DNA of 64,000 nt, from assembly GCA_964016885.1 (NCBI GenBank), contig OZ024763.1, forward strand, positions 21,204,001 to 21,268,000, written 5' to 3'. Each line of letters begins with the position of its first letter. Within the stretch, counting starts at the first letter, position 1. A program made the position numbers and the translations under genes. The DNA is from Eledone cirrhosa. Taxonomy: Eukaryota. The notes beneath the pieces were generated by a model that saw nothing but the letters and a program-made list of their open reading frames with translations, made no database searches and was not told the origin of the DNA. This document shows positions 32,443 to 46,043 of this stretch, piece after piece.

Positions 32443-32494
32443 GGCTTCTACAGGACTAGAACTGTTTCATTTCGGGAGAAATCATCAGGAAGCC
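32443..32494 (-). ncRNA. Type I hammerhead ribozyme within repeat 32358-32495
   Basis: GGCTTC-CTGATGA-TTTC tccc GAAAt-GAAA-CAG ttctagtc CTG-TA-GAAGCC. Confidence 0.75.
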
Positions 32495-32562
32495 CTTATA
32501 TATATATATATATACATATATTCATATGTGGCTGACAGCTGAGGGAACAGGATAAAGTTTAA

Positions 32563-32690
32563 ATATTCATTTTATCAAGGTTAAATAGTGAGTCTTGTTA
32601 CTCTGGAGTATCACCTGCTTATCACAGAGACCCTGTGACAAGCAGGTGAAACTTGAGAATTACAAGACTCACTATTTTGGCTTAATAAAA

Positions 32691-32698
<8 letters not shown>
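32563..32698. repeat. Imperfect hairpin / inverted repeat
   Basis: ATAGTGAGTCTTGT...TCACCTGCTT.TCACAG pairs with CTGTGA.AAGCAGGTGA...ACAAGACTCACTAT. Confidence 0.75.
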
Positions 32699-32736
<38 letters not shown>

Positions 32737-32959
32737 TTATTTATTTATGTTCATACACGGAACAAAGGCACTACCCAACGTTTCCAGGCCCAAATTTGAC
32801 CATACCTCCAGAAAACAAGAGGCTTCTTCAAGCATTTGTACGAGCGCTTATACAAGCTTATAAGATACCATTAAAAGTAAATTTTACTATACATATATAC
32901 AGTGTACCCTGGCTTATAGCACAGTTTTTGCCTTCACATCAATAATAATAATAATAATA

Positions 32960-33146
32960 ATTGTTTCTACTTTAGTCACAAGGCCAGCAATTACCCAGTG
33001 CATTACTGGTACTTTATTTTATCGACCCCGTAAGGATGAAAGGCAAAGTCAACCTCGGCGGGATTTGAACTCAGATCGTAAGGGGACGTAACTATGCTGG
33101 AAAGCATGGCGTCCGACCCTCTACTGATACTGCCAATCCACCACCT
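32960..33146 (-). mobile_element. SINE family B
   Basis: Matches family B. Confidence 0.88.
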
Positions 33147-33608
33147 TATAATAATAATGATCCATTTTGTGTATATGTATACAATAGTTGTAGGTTTTCC
33201 ATTGATTACTGTCATTAAATTGCCTCCACAAGTCAGGAACTAGGTCCAGCTGCTGGTTCTATTGTTAGATTCATATACAGTGTACTCTTGGCATTCGCGG
33301 TCCCAGTTATTTAAGGAATTTTCCTTAGAACCTAACTAATAATTGTTCATGGAAACCACTGCATATTCGCAGAATCATAAATATCTTCTGTAACTTTTTT
33401 AATGGCTTTGTTCGTGGCAATATATATTTTTTTTAATGCTAAATTATTAATAACAATATACCGTATTTTCCGGCCTATTGGACGCCCCTTTGCATAAGAT
33501 GGTCCCTCTTTTTTTATTATATTTTACGTTATATTTTGATGTTTATAGGCTTTTTATGGATCATGTCTAATATTTGTGGTTTTTCACTCTTCGCGGGTGC
33601 TCTATGAC

Positions 33609-33669
<61 letters not shown>

Positions 33670-33674
33670 ATATG

Positions 33675-33707
<33 letters not shown>

Positions 33708-34020
33708 ATTTATCTATATAAAAATCCACCTTAATTTTTAACGCGTGTGTGTGTGATTTTATGTATGTGTTTGTATGCATGCAAACATCTCGGTAAATAT
33801 TACCTTCATGAGTCATAATAGTAAGTAGGTTTCACCAAAGTTTTGTTACATATATAGTAATGTTTCCCCATTATATCCTCTCCTTTTGTTGTTTGAAATC
33901 AAATAACTAGTGAAGGTAATATAAAATTCTTTACTAAATGGTGATTGATGCTTTTAGTAATATTACTAAAGTACTATGAATATATGTGTATATATGCATA
34001 TATATATATATATATATATA

Positions 34021-34192
34021 TGAATGAGTCAAAACCCCAACAACTGAGCTTTTACTGTTTCAACAGTACAGTTGAAATGGCAAGAGCTCAGCCGTCGGGG
34101 TCATGACTCATTTATATAACCATACTCTACTACCCCAAGTATAGAGTACTCTGGTGAGTAATGGTCTAACCAGTTTCTTACTGTATCCATCT

Positions 34193-34195
<3 letters not shown>
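34021..34195. mobile_element. Penelope-like terminal repeat fragment with inverted repeat (34021-34112)
   Basis: GAAATGGCAAGAGCTCAGCCGTCGGGGTCA, homologous to 24731. Confidence 0.6.
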
Positions 34196-34265
<70 letters not shown>

Positions 34266-34420
34266 TATATATAATCTTCATCATCATATGTCTGCTTTCC
34301 CTGCTAGCAAGGGTTGGATGGGTCTACATAACCTAATTCAGTACTGAAGCAGGGCTACTGACTTTCCATATAGGCTGAGGGGTCTGCATCCTGCATTTGG
34401 TTGAAACATTGTGGGGAGTG

Positions 34421-34651
34421 TAGAAAAATAGTGTATTTTTTTTGAGAGGGCTACAGCAATACAAATAGGACATTTAATGTTAAAATTGACGATAACTCTT
34501 CTTTGATGAGGGGATTTTACCCTGAAATATTAAGGACCAAATAAACATTTCCAAGTTAACATTCCAACAAGTTTGTTTTTGTTATTTTTTACATTCAATG
34601 TCCTATTTGCATTACTGTAAACCCCTCAAAACACACACATACTATTTTCTA
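34421..34651. repeat. Inverted repeat (~70-bp arms) enclosing an HHR-like motif
   Basis: Arms share TACAG.AAT.CAAATAGGACATT.AATGT; the spacer holds tTGATGA-GGGG...CCCT-GAAA. Confidence 0.6.
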
Positions 34652-35498
34652 AAAAAATATATATTTTTTGCTATTGATTAATGCAAAATTGTTTTTTTTT
34701 TTTTTTTGAATACATTTTTATTAATATTTACAGTCTGTAGTTTTAAAAGATTTAAACAAATGAAAAGAAAATCCTTTGATTATATTCTTTAAATAATTGA
34801 TTGACTAATTATATATTTTATGCTACAAATTGCGGAAATCAATTCAGAATTTTAACCTTGTCAATGAGATCTGTAAATGTGTTTTGTGCTTTGTTTTTAT
34901 GTATTTTTATTTTAAATTTCTTTGATAGAACTTTATTTAAACATTCATTGTTGTTAGTTTGAAAAATGGTTGATGTTTGAAAAACAAAACAAAGAACCAT
35001 CTAGAATAGTCTGGAAGCAGTATTTTTCATGAAAATGTTTCGAAATTATCGGATATTTGATCAGATTTCCATAGAATAATGGTACACATAAATTAGCATT
35101 TTTATTAAGCATTGTTTTGGAAGAGAGAAAGGGGTGGGGGGTGGAGAGAGAGAGGGTGTGTGTGTGGTTGGAGAGAGAGAGAGAGAGAGTGAGAGAGGGG
35201 GTATGTGTGGTTGTAGAGAGAGGGTGTGTGTAGTTGGAGAGAGAGTGTGTGTAGTTGGAGAATGAGAGTGTGGATGTGGTTGGAGAGAGAGAGAGAGTGG
35301 TTGGAGAGAGAGAGAGACTGGTCGGAGAGTGAGAGAGTGTGTCTAGTTGGAGAGAGAGATGTGGGAGAGAGTGACAGACAGAGAGAGGTAGGAGAGATGG
35401 AGAGGGAGGTGGGAAAGACAGAGACAGAAAGAGAGAGGTGTGAGAGCATTGTTTTAAGAGAGAGAGATGTGGGAGAGAGTGACAGATAGAGAGAGAGA

Positions 35499-35975
35499 GT
35501 GTTAAACTAGGGGACAGATTAAGTCGACTGTCCCTCCCTTCCCTTGTAAGGGTCTCTGGTGGTGTTAAACTAGAGACTCATTAAGTCAACCTTCTTCTCC
35601 TCCCTTGTAAGGGTCACCTGGTGGTGTTAAACTGGGGACTCATTAAGTCAACCTTCTTCTCCTCCCTTGTAAGGGTCACCTGGCGGTGTTAAACTGGGGA
35701 CTCATTAAGTCAGCTGCCTCTTCTCTCTTGTAAGGGTCACCTGGTGGTGTTAAACTGGGGACATATTAAGGCAACCTTCTTCCCCTCCCTTGTAAGGGTC
35801 ACCTGGTGGTGTTAAAATAGGGACATATTAAGGCAACCTACTCCCTCCCTTGTAAGGGACCCTGGTGGGGTTAAACTAGGGGACTCATTAAATCAACCTT
35901 CTCCTCCCTTGTAAGGGTCACCTGGTGGTGTTAAACTGGGGACTCATTAAGTGGGCTGCCTCCCCTCCCTAGAAA
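35499..35975. repeat. ~61-bp tandem repeat, 8 copies
   Basis: GTGTTAAACTGGGGACTCATTAAGTC...CCCTTGTAAGGGTCACCTGGTG. Confidence 0.9.
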
Positions 35976-36176
35976 ATGTTACATGGTAGTGTTAAAGCAC
36001 ACATGCACACTGACATATACACATATACATTCACTCACACATCTCACACATACATATATACATGCACACACTTATTCAGAATCTCTCTGACTATTGTTCT
36101 CTCTCTCACACGTACACATACACACACAGATGTACATACCCATACAAGCACACACAAAAACAGACATATCCATATA

Positions 36177-36222
<46 letters not shown>

Positions 36223-36674
36223 GACACACATACCCATACAAGCACACATACACTCATATGCACATATACAAGCACACACTGACACACACACCCATACAAG
36301 CACACAGAGACATACCCACATAGACACACAGAGACATACACACATAGACAGACACACATATTCACACATATATGTATATATATGTAAATTTATGTCTGAG
36401 GTATGTATTTATATATGTCTCTAGCTGATGTGTTATAAGCCACTTCAGAGTAAAAATAAAACCTTTAGACCGTGACATTGTACAGTCAAAGCATTCTGAT
36501 TGCAATATAGACTTTGAAATCAATGGAATAAATTGATCAAGTTTCCTATATAGCAACAGTTTAGCCACAAGTCAACTAGTGGCTAGCTAGACTGATGTAG
36601 TTTAACTCCACTAAACTGATAAATCTCCACTTGCCATATATATATATATATATATATATGACATATATATATAA

Positions 36675-36822
36675 AACAAAGAAAATGTGGTAAGAAACCA
36701 GGTGGACCATAACGCACCAGAGTACTCAATACTTAAGGTAGTGGAGTGGGTAATAGGGACTGTTCGGATCTAGCTGTCAAAACGGTCAGCGCTCAGCCTT
36801 TGGGGTCCTGACTCTTTTCCTA
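36675..36822 (+). mobile_element. Copy of the 24590 repeat family
   Basis: Shares GTGGTAAG.AACCAG.TGGACCATAACGCACCAGAGTACTCAATACTTA. Confidence 0.75.
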
Positions 36823-36844
36823 TATATATATATATACCATAATC

Positions 36845-37210
36845 ACCACCGTTTAATGTCCATTTTTCCATTCTAGCATGGGTAAGATGAGTTGTCCTGT
36901 TGTGGGCAATGCCAGGTCAAGTGAACTTGCCTTGCTCATACAGAACTGATCTTGGCCTAGTCTCTACAGCTGGATGCTCTTCCTAACACCGGCCTCATTT
37001 ACAGTGAGTATTGGGTGCTTTTTACTGTGGCACCTACATGACCACTTTACAGTGTTGACTGGGTGGTTTTTGTTGTGACTCCTAAATGTCCACTTGACAG
37101 TGTGGAATGGAGGCTTCGCTGGATGTATACTTCAGCATGTCCTCATGGGAGATGTAGGGGGTGGGTGGAATGGGGTGGTACATACTATATATATGCTTCA
37201 GCTTCAGCCT
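36845..37210 (-). mobile_element. Diverged RTE family-1-like 3' UTR
   Basis: Similar to 2240-2530. Confidence 0.65.
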
Positions 37211-37699
37211 GTGCCTGTGCGAAGTTGGGTCTTCTATATTGTATATATAAAGGTCAGATGAAAATGTCATAGGCTGACCAAGATACTCTCATGGAATGAC
37301 CCCAAATGAGGTTTATTTTTCAACATAGTCTCCTGGAAGGAAACAGTGCAGTTATTAATAAGAAGAGTTGAAATTATTGCATGCACGATTTCACAACTCT
37401 AGCATCACTCCTTCATGAACATTTCAGCCCACCCTTATACATGAAATACATCCTAATTTCATTAATTAATGAAGAATTTCAAGGGATTTACTAAAATTAT
37501 AAAATATTTCATTACTAAGATAACTTAATGTAAAGTTTTTATATAAAATTGTGTTGGAAGATTAAATTTAAATGGGAAACCTTTGAAAGGGTGACTTTAT
37601 TTCACAGAACCAGAGCTGGTTTGGGCTAGGTTGGTAACTAAAGTGTTAACTGTTCACTGTTAGGTGTATGTTACATCATATATGCTTGTTAGTTTGTCA

Positions 37700-40600
37700 C
37701 CACATGTAAAGTGATCATGTAGGTATCACGACAAAAAGCACCCAACCCACACTGTAAAGTGGTCATGTAGGTGTCACGACAAAAAGCACCCAGTCCACAC
37801 TGTAAAATGGTCATGTAGGTATCACGACAAAAAGCATCCAGCCCACACTGTAAAATGGTCATGTAGGTATCACGACAAAAAGCACGCAGCCCACACTGTA
37901 AAATGGTCATGTAGGTGTCACGACAAAAAGCATCCAGCCCACACTGTAAAATGGTCATGTAGGTGTCACGACAAAAAGCACCCAGTCCACACTGTAAAAT
38001 GGTCATGTAGGTATCACGACAAAAAGCACCCAGTCCACACTGTAAAATGGTCATGTAGGTATCACGACAAAAAGCATCCAGCCCACACTGTAAAATGGTC
38101 ATGTAGGTATCACGACAAAAAGCACGCAGCCCACACTGTAAAATGGTCATGTAGGTGTCACGACAAAAAGCACCCAGTCCACACTGTAAAATGGTCATGT
38201 AGGTATCACGACAAAAAGCATGCACCCCACACTGTAAAATGGTCATGTAGGTGTCACGACAAAAAGCACGCAGCCCACACTGTAAAATGGTCATGTAGGT
38301 GTCACGACAAAAAGCACCCAGTCCACACTGTAAAATGGTCATGTAGGTATCACGACAAAAAGCACCCAGTCCACACTGTAAAATGGTCATGTAGGTATCA
38401 CGACAAAAAGCACCCAGTCCACTCTGTAAAATGGTCATGTAGGTATCACGACAAAAAGCACCCAGTCCACACTGTAAAATGGTCATGTAGGTATCACGAC
38501 AAAAAGCACGCAGCCCACACTGTAAAATGGTCATGTAGGTATCACGACAAAAAGCACGCAGCCCACACTGTAAAATGGTCATGTAGGTGTCACGACAAAA
38601 AGCACCCAGTCCACACTGTAAAATGGTCATGTAGGTATCACGACAAAAAGCACCCAGTCTACACTGTAAAATGGTCATGTAGGTACCACGACAAAAAGCA
38701 CCCAGTCCACACTGTAAAATGGTCATGTAGGTATCACGACAAAAAGCACCCAGTCCACTCTGTAAAATGGTCATGTAGGTATCACGACAAAAAGCACCCA
38801 GTCCACACTGTAAAATGGTCATGTAGGTATCACGACAAAAAGCACCCAGTCCACACTGTAAAATGGTCATGTAGGTATCACGACAAAAAGCACCCAGTCC
38901 ACTCTGTAAAATGGTCATGTAGGTGTCACGACAAAAAGCACCCAGTCCACACTGTAAAATGGTCATGTAGGTATCACGACAAAAAGCACGCAGCCCACAC
39001 TGTAAAATGGTCATGTAGGTATCACGACAAAAAGCACGCAGCCCACACTGTAAAATGGTCATGTAGGTGTCACGACAAAAAGCACCCAGTCCACACTGTA
39101 AAATGGTCATGTAGGTATCACGACAAAAAGCACCCAGTCCACACTGTAAAATGGTCATGTAGGTATCACGACAAAAAGCACCCAGTCCACACTGTAAAAT
39201 GGTCATGTAGGTACCACGACAAAAAGCACCCAGTCCACACTGTAAAATGGTCATGTAGGTATCACGACAAAAAGCACCCAGTCCACTCTGTAAAATGGTC
39301 ATGTAGGTATCACGACAAAAAGCACCCAGTCCACACTGTAAAATGGTCATGTAGGTATCACGACAAAAAGCACCCAGTCCACTCTGTAAAATGGTCATGT
39401 AGGTATCACGACAAAAAGCACCCAGTCCACACTGTAAAATGGTCATGTAGGTATCACGACAAAAAGCACCCAGTCCACTCTGTAAAATGGTCATGTAGGT
39501 GTCACGACAAAAAGCACCCAGTCCACACTGTAAAATGGTCATGTAGGTATCACGACAAAAAGCACGCAGCCCACACTGTAAAATGGTCATGTAGGTATCA
39601 CGACAAAAAGCACGCAGCCCACACTGTAAAATGGTCATGTAGGTGTCACGACAAAAAGCACCCAGTCCACACTGTAAAATGGTCATGTAGGTATCACGAC
39701 AAAAAGCACCCAGTCCACACTGTAAAATGGTCATGTAGGTATCATGACAAAAAGCACCCAGTCCACACTGTAAAATGGTCATGTAGGTATCATGACAAAA
39801 AGCACCCAGTCCACACTGTAAAATGGTCATGTAGGTATCACGACAAAAAGCACCCAGTCCACTCTGTAAAATAGTCATGTAGGTATCACGACAAAAAGCA
39901 CCCAGTCCACACTGTAAAATGGTCATGTAGGTATCACGACAAAAAGCACCCAGTCCACACTGTAAAATGGTCATGTAGGTATCATGACAAAAAGCACCCA
40001 GTCCACACTGTAAAATGGTCATGTAGGTATCATGACAAAAAGCACCCAGTCCACACTGTAAAATGGTCATGTAGGTATCACGACAAAAAGCACCCAGTCC
40101 ACACTGTAAAATGGTCATGTAGGTATCACGACAAAAAGCATCCAGCCCACACTGTAAAATGGTCATGTAGGTATCACGACAAAAAGCACGCAGCCCACAC
40201 TGTAAAATGGTCATGTAGGTGTCACGACAAAAAGCACCCAGTCCACACTGTAAAATGGTCATGTAGGTATCACGACAAAAAGCATGCACCCCACACTGTA
40301 AAATGGTCATGTAGGTGTCACGACAAAAAGCACGCAGCCCACACTGTAAAATGGTCATGTAGGTGTCACGACAAAAAGCACCCAGTCCACACTGTAAAAT
40401 GGTCATGTAGGTATCACGACAAAAAGCACCCAGTCCACACTGTAAAATGGTCATGTAGGTATCACGACAAAAAGCACCCAGTCCACTCTGTAAAATGGTC
40501 ATGTAGGTATCACGACAAAAAGCACCCAGTCCACACTGTAAAATGGTCATGTAGGTATCACGACAAAAAGCACGCAGCCCACACTGTAAAATGGTCATGT

Positions 40601-43600
40601 AGGTATCACGACAAAAAGCACGCAGCCCACACTGTAAAATGGTCATGTAGGTGTCACGACAAAAAGCACCCAGTCCACACTGTAAAATGGTCATGTAGGT
40701 ATCACGACAAAAAGCACCCAGTCTACACTGTAAAATGGTCATGTAGGTACCACGACAAAAAGCACCCAGTCCACACTGTAAAATGGTCATGTAGGTATCA
40801 CGACAAAAAGCACCCAGTCCACTCTGTAAAATGGTCATGTAGGTATCACGACAAAAAGCACCCAGTCCACACTGTAAAATGGTCATGTAGGTATCACGAC
40901 AAAAAGCACCCAGTCCACTCTGTAAAATGGTCATGTAGGTATCACGACAAAAAGCACCCAGTCCACACTGTAAAATGGTCATGTAGGTATCACGACAAAA
41001 AGCACCCAGTCCACTCTGTAAAATGGTCATGTAGGTGTCACGACAAAAAGCACCCAGTCCACACTGTAAAATGGTCATGTAGGTATCACGACAAAAAGCA
41101 CGCAGCCCACACTGTAAAATGGTCATGTAGGTATCACGACAAAAAGCACGCAGCCCACACTGTAAAATGGTCATGTAGGTGTCACGACAAAAAGCACCCA
41201 GTCCACACTGTAAAATGGTCATGTAGGTATCACGACAAAAAGCACCCAGTCCACACTGTAAAATGGTCATGTAGGTATCACGACAAAAAGCACCCAGTCC
41301 ACACTGTAAAATGGTCATGTAGGTACCACGACAAAAAGCACCCAGTCCACACTGTAAAATGGTCATGTAGGTATCACGACAAAAAGCACCCAGTCCACTC
41401 TGTAAAATGGTCATGTAGGTATCACGACAAAAAGCACCCAGTCCACACTGTAAAATGGTCATGTAGGTATCACGACAAAAAGCACCCAGTCCACTCTGTA
41501 AAATGGTCATGTAGGTATCACGACAAAAAGCACCCAGTCCACACTGTAAAATGGTCATGTAGGTATCACGACAAAAAGCACCCAGTCCACTCTGTAAAAT
41601 GGTCATGTAGGTGTCACGACAAAAAGCACCCAGTCCACACTGTAAAATGGTCATGTAGGTATCACGACAAAAAGCACGCAGCCCACACTGTAAAATGGTC
41701 ATGTAGGTATCACGACAAAAAGCACGCAGCCCACACTGTAAAATGGTCATGTAGGTGTCACGACAAAAAGCACCCAGTCCACACTGTAAAATGGTCATGT
41801 AGGTATCACGACAAAAAGCACCCAGTCCACACTGTAAAATGGTCATGTAGGTATCATGACAAAAAGCACCCAGTCCACACTGTAAAATGGTCATGTAGGT
41901 ATCATGACAAAAAGCACCCAGTCCACACTGTAAAATGGTCATGTAGGTATCACGACAAAAAGCACCCAGTCCACTCTGTAAAATAGTCATGTAGGTATCA
42001 CGACAAAAAGCACCCAGTCCACACTGTAAAATGGTCATGTAGGTATCACGACAAAAAGCACCCAGTCCACACTGTAAAATGGTCATGTAGGTATCATGAC
42101 AAAAAGCACCCAGTCCACACTGTAAAATGGTCATGTAGGTATCATGACAAAAAGCACCCAGTCCACACTGTAAAATGGTCATGTAGGTATCACGACAAAA
42201 AGCACCCAGTCCACTCTGTAAAATAGTCATGTAGGTATCACGACAAAAAGCACCCAGTCCACACTGTAAAATGGTCATGTAGGTATCACGACAAAAAGCA
42301 CCCAGTCCACTCTGTAAAATGGTCATGTAGGTATCACGACAAAAAGCACCCAGTCCACACTGTAAAATGGTCATGTAGGTATCACGACAAAAAGCACCCA
42401 GTCCACTCTGTAAAATGGTCATGTAGGTATCACGACAAAAAGCACCCAGTCCACACTGTAAAATGGTCATGTAGGTATCACGACATAAAGCACGCAGCCC
42501 ACACTGTAAAATGGTCATGTAGGTATCACGACAAAAAGCACGCAGCCCACACTGTAAAATGGTCATGTAGGTGTCACGACAAAAAGCACCCAGTCCACAC
42601 TGTAAAATGGTCATGTAGGTGTCACGACAAAAAGCACCCAGTCCACACTGTAAAATGGTCATGTAGGTGTCACGACAAAAAGCACCCAGTCCACACTGTA
42701 AAATGGTCATGTAGGTGTCACGACAAAAAGCACCCAGTCCACACTGTAAAATGGTCATGTAGGTATCACGACAAAAAGCATCCAGTCCACTCTGTAAAAT
42801 GGTCATGTAGGTGTCACGACAAAAAGCACCCAGTCTACACTGTAAAATGGTCATGTAGGTATCACGACAAAAAGCACCCAGTCCACACTGTAAAATGGTC
42901 ATGTAGGTGTCACGACAAAAAGCACGCAGCCCACACTGTAAAATGGTCATGTAGGTGTCACGACAAAAAGCACCCAGTCCACACTGTAAAATGGTCATGT
43001 AGGTGTCACGACAAAAAGCACCCAGTCCACACTGTAAAATGGTCATGTAGGTATCACGACAAAAAGCACCCAGTCCACACTGTAAAATGGTCATGTAGGT
43101 GTCACGACAAAAAGCACCCAGTCCACACTGTAAAAGGGTCATGTAGGTATCACGATAAAAAGCACCCAGTCCACACTGTAAAATGGTCATGTAGGTGTCA
43201 CGACAAAAAGCACCCAGTCCACACTGTAAAATGGTCATGTAGGTGTCACGACAAAAAGCACGCAGCCCACACTGTAAAATGGTCATGTAGGTGTCACGAC
43301 AAAAAGCACCCAGTCCACACTGTAAAATGGTCATGTAGGTGTCACGACAAAAAGCACCCAGTCCACACTGTAAAATGGTCATGTAGGTGTCACAACAAAA
43401 AGCACCCAGTCCACACTGTAAAATGGTCATGTAGGTGTCACGACAAAAAGCACCCAGTCCACACTGTAAAATGGTTATGTAGGTGTCACGACAAAAAGCA
43501 CCCAGTCCACACTGTAAAATGGTCATGTAGGTGTCACGACAAAAAGCACGCAGCCCACACTGTAAAATGGTCATGTAGGTGTCACGACAAAAAGCACGCA

Positions 43601-43655
43601 GCCCACACTGTAAAATGGTCATGTAGGAGACACAGTAAACAAGCTCCCAGTCCAC
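37700..43655. repeat. 48-bp tandem array (~124 units)
   Basis: Unit CACGACAAAAAGCACCCAGTCCACACTGTAAAATGGTCATGTAGGT(G/A)T; one minus-strand frame is open throughout. Confidence 0.98.
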
Positions 43656-43830
43656 ACTGTAAATGTGGTTGGGGTTAGGAAGGGCAGCTAGCTGTTGAAA
43701 ACCTGCCAGAAACAGTCCTGTACAAGCGAGATACGATCACCCGACCAATCTTGCCTTAAGTGGGACAAACCCGTCTAACCCATGCTAGCATGGAAGATGG
43801 ACGTTAAACAATGATGAAGATGATGATGAT
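43630..43830 (+). mobile_element. RTE/SINE 3' end contiguous with the 48-bp array
   Basis: CAGTCCACACTGTAAATGTGGTTGG...CCCATGCTAGCATGGAAGATGGACGTTAAA(ATG)n. Confidence 0.85.
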
Positions 43831-44014
43831 GGAGGAATATGTGACCAAAAACATCGATGGTAACATAGGGGTGGGGGTGTTGACTGATATATGCCACCAT
43901 GTAAACCATGTATTGATCAGCTGCCTCAACTGATAAATAGGGTTTGGATTTTTTACGATTTCTGAGACATAAAATAGAAGGAAGGAGGAGGCGCCGGCTT
44001 ATATTGGAAGTATT

Positions 44015-44116
44015 CAGGGTGTCCCCTGAAAATGTATACACACTTCAACAACATTTTAATAAATATTGCCTGCACAGGTAATCAAAGTGTGTATACATTT
44101 TGTTGGAGACATCCTG
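44015..44116. mobile_element. ~100-bp Tc1/mariner-type MITE
   Basis: CAGGGTGTCCCC...AAAATGTATACACACTT / AAGTGTGTATACATTTT...GAGACATCCTG-TA; second copy at 61493. Confidence 0.75.
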
Positions 44117-44563
44117 TATATGGTACTTTTCTATGTTTGTAACTCCTAGAGGGAGAGGAGAAGGAGGGGAGGAGAAGAAGAAGAAGAAAGAGGAGGGTGA
44201 GAGGAGGGGGAGGAGAAGAAGAAAGAGGAGAAGGTGTCCAAGAAGAAATAGCAATGAGACATCACAGGAGACAGATTTAAAACAAGAAGAAAACAAAAAA
44301 TCTTTGACAGTCATTTTTTATGTTAAAAGTATCTATGTATGGTGTAAGCTGACTACAACGACAACAACAACAACATCTACAACAACAACATCTACAACTA
44401 CAATCACAACAATAATAACAGTTGTATTAGAATATGTCTATTGATGGAATTTAATAAAATATTGGTAGGAAAATCTATCACTGTTATTGATAGCAGAATT
44501 TCAAATACTTGTAAATATTTATGTTTAATCTTATAATTTAATATATATATATATATATATGTC

Positions 44564-44598
<35 letters not shown>

Positions 44599-45382
44599 GA
44601 GTGAGTGTGTGTGTATATATATATTCAAATCAGGTGACAAGCCAAAGATTATACTTCAAATCATTTTATTAATGTCTACGCATGGTTCAATTTTAATGTA
44701 AACAGGTAACACTAAACTATCCCCAGGACATTGATGCAGGATTCCCCCCCCCCCCTTCTTGCTCACACACACATATATATATATATGTACATAAGATGAT
44801 GATGATATATGTATCATCATCATCATCGTTTAATGTCTATCTTCCACGCTAGCATGGGTTTAGATGGCTATCTCTTTGCACTCTCTACGGAACTACCTTA
44901 GAAACTTACCCACTGACATACACTCACAATTTTTTTTCGAACCACGCCACCTACACCACGTAAAAACACCAACACACATGTGCGTACCCCCACATATACA
45001 CACTCAGCCTCCGGAATCCCCCCCGACCCCTCCCCATCCGCACGCATGCACACACCGACCTACACCCTACCTCACACACACACCTTCTGAACATGGAACC
45101 TCGTTCTTCCCTCCAACTCTCACACACACACACACACACACGTACACCTACACACATACACAAACACCACCTTCAGCCCTCCCCGCTTGGACACCCCGCC
45201 TCCCTCTCCCTACTCCACCCGCCACCACCCCTACACGCCCCACACCCTTCCACCACTTGTTTATCTTTGTTTATTTTTATTTTTATTTGTACCCCTTCCA
45301 CCGCCACTCCCCTTTTTTTTCTAAATGTCTCTCCACCACTTCCCCACACACCCTTGGAGCTCTCTTCCCACCCACCTTTCTC

Positions 45383-45410
45383 CTGAGGAAGGGCTTATGC
45401 CCGAAACGTC
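45383..45410 (+). ncRNA. Minimal Penelope-type hammerhead motif
   Basis: CTGAGGA-aGGGC-TTAT-GCCC-GAAAC-GTC; downstream GTGAAACTAATAA is shared with 61242. Confidence 0.6.
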
Positions 45411-45551
45411 GTTCCCCACCCCCCCACTCTCAAGAGCGTGAAACTAATAAACCTTTGTTTGTACTGCCTCTCTGTTTTCGTTCCCGTTCCAATTATCACT
45501 ATATATATATATATACACATACACACACACACACATATATATATATATATT

Positions 45552-45735
45552 TAATATAGAAAAGCTTCTACAGGACTAGAACTGTTTCATTCGTGTGAAA
45601 TCATCAGGAAGCTGATGATTTCTCATGAATTAAACAGTTCTAGTCCTGTAGAAGCTTTTCTATATTACATATTTATACTCTGCTATGTATTGAGTACCTT
45701 ACTGTGGTTACCCCCGATTGAATCCGGGATAAACT
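45552..45735. mobile_element. Inverted pLTR-like element with back-to-back HHR motifs
   Basis: Inverted repeat 45552-45667; intact HHR at 45563-45613 (-), core-mutated copy at 45612-45656 (+); homologous to 32358-32495. Confidence 0.75.
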
Positions 45736-45833
45736 GTGACAGCTGATCAACAGTGAAACATATGTAATATGTAATTAAATATGTACATGATGCAACACTG
45801 AGTCTGTGTTCCCTTTTATATTAATACTATATA

Positions 45834-46043
45834 TACAGGGTGCAGACGATATTTGTTCGCAAGATTACTGTCTAGGAAAAAATAACACAGTAGTTTTATT
45901 TTTTAAGATATATTTATCAAACTTGGGTCAGTTTGTCTTCATGACTTGTTCTTTCGATCTCACTCGATAAACCCGCCATTGGCTTTGATGACGGCCTCAA
46001 GGCGACCTCGGAACCGGCTACAGGCCTTCGTCACTGTCCCCTG
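45834..46043 (-). mobile_element. Tc1/mariner (maT/DD37D-like) transposon 3' end
   Basis: GTVTKACSRFRGRLEAVIKANGGFIE* (46040-45960) and terminus TA|CAGGGTG. Confidence 0.8.

Noticed and set aside
44864-45559. 231-aa Pro/Thr/His-rich ORF
   Set aside because: Low-complexity C/A-rich sequence, more likely the non-coding end of a Penelope-like element upstream of an HHR motif.
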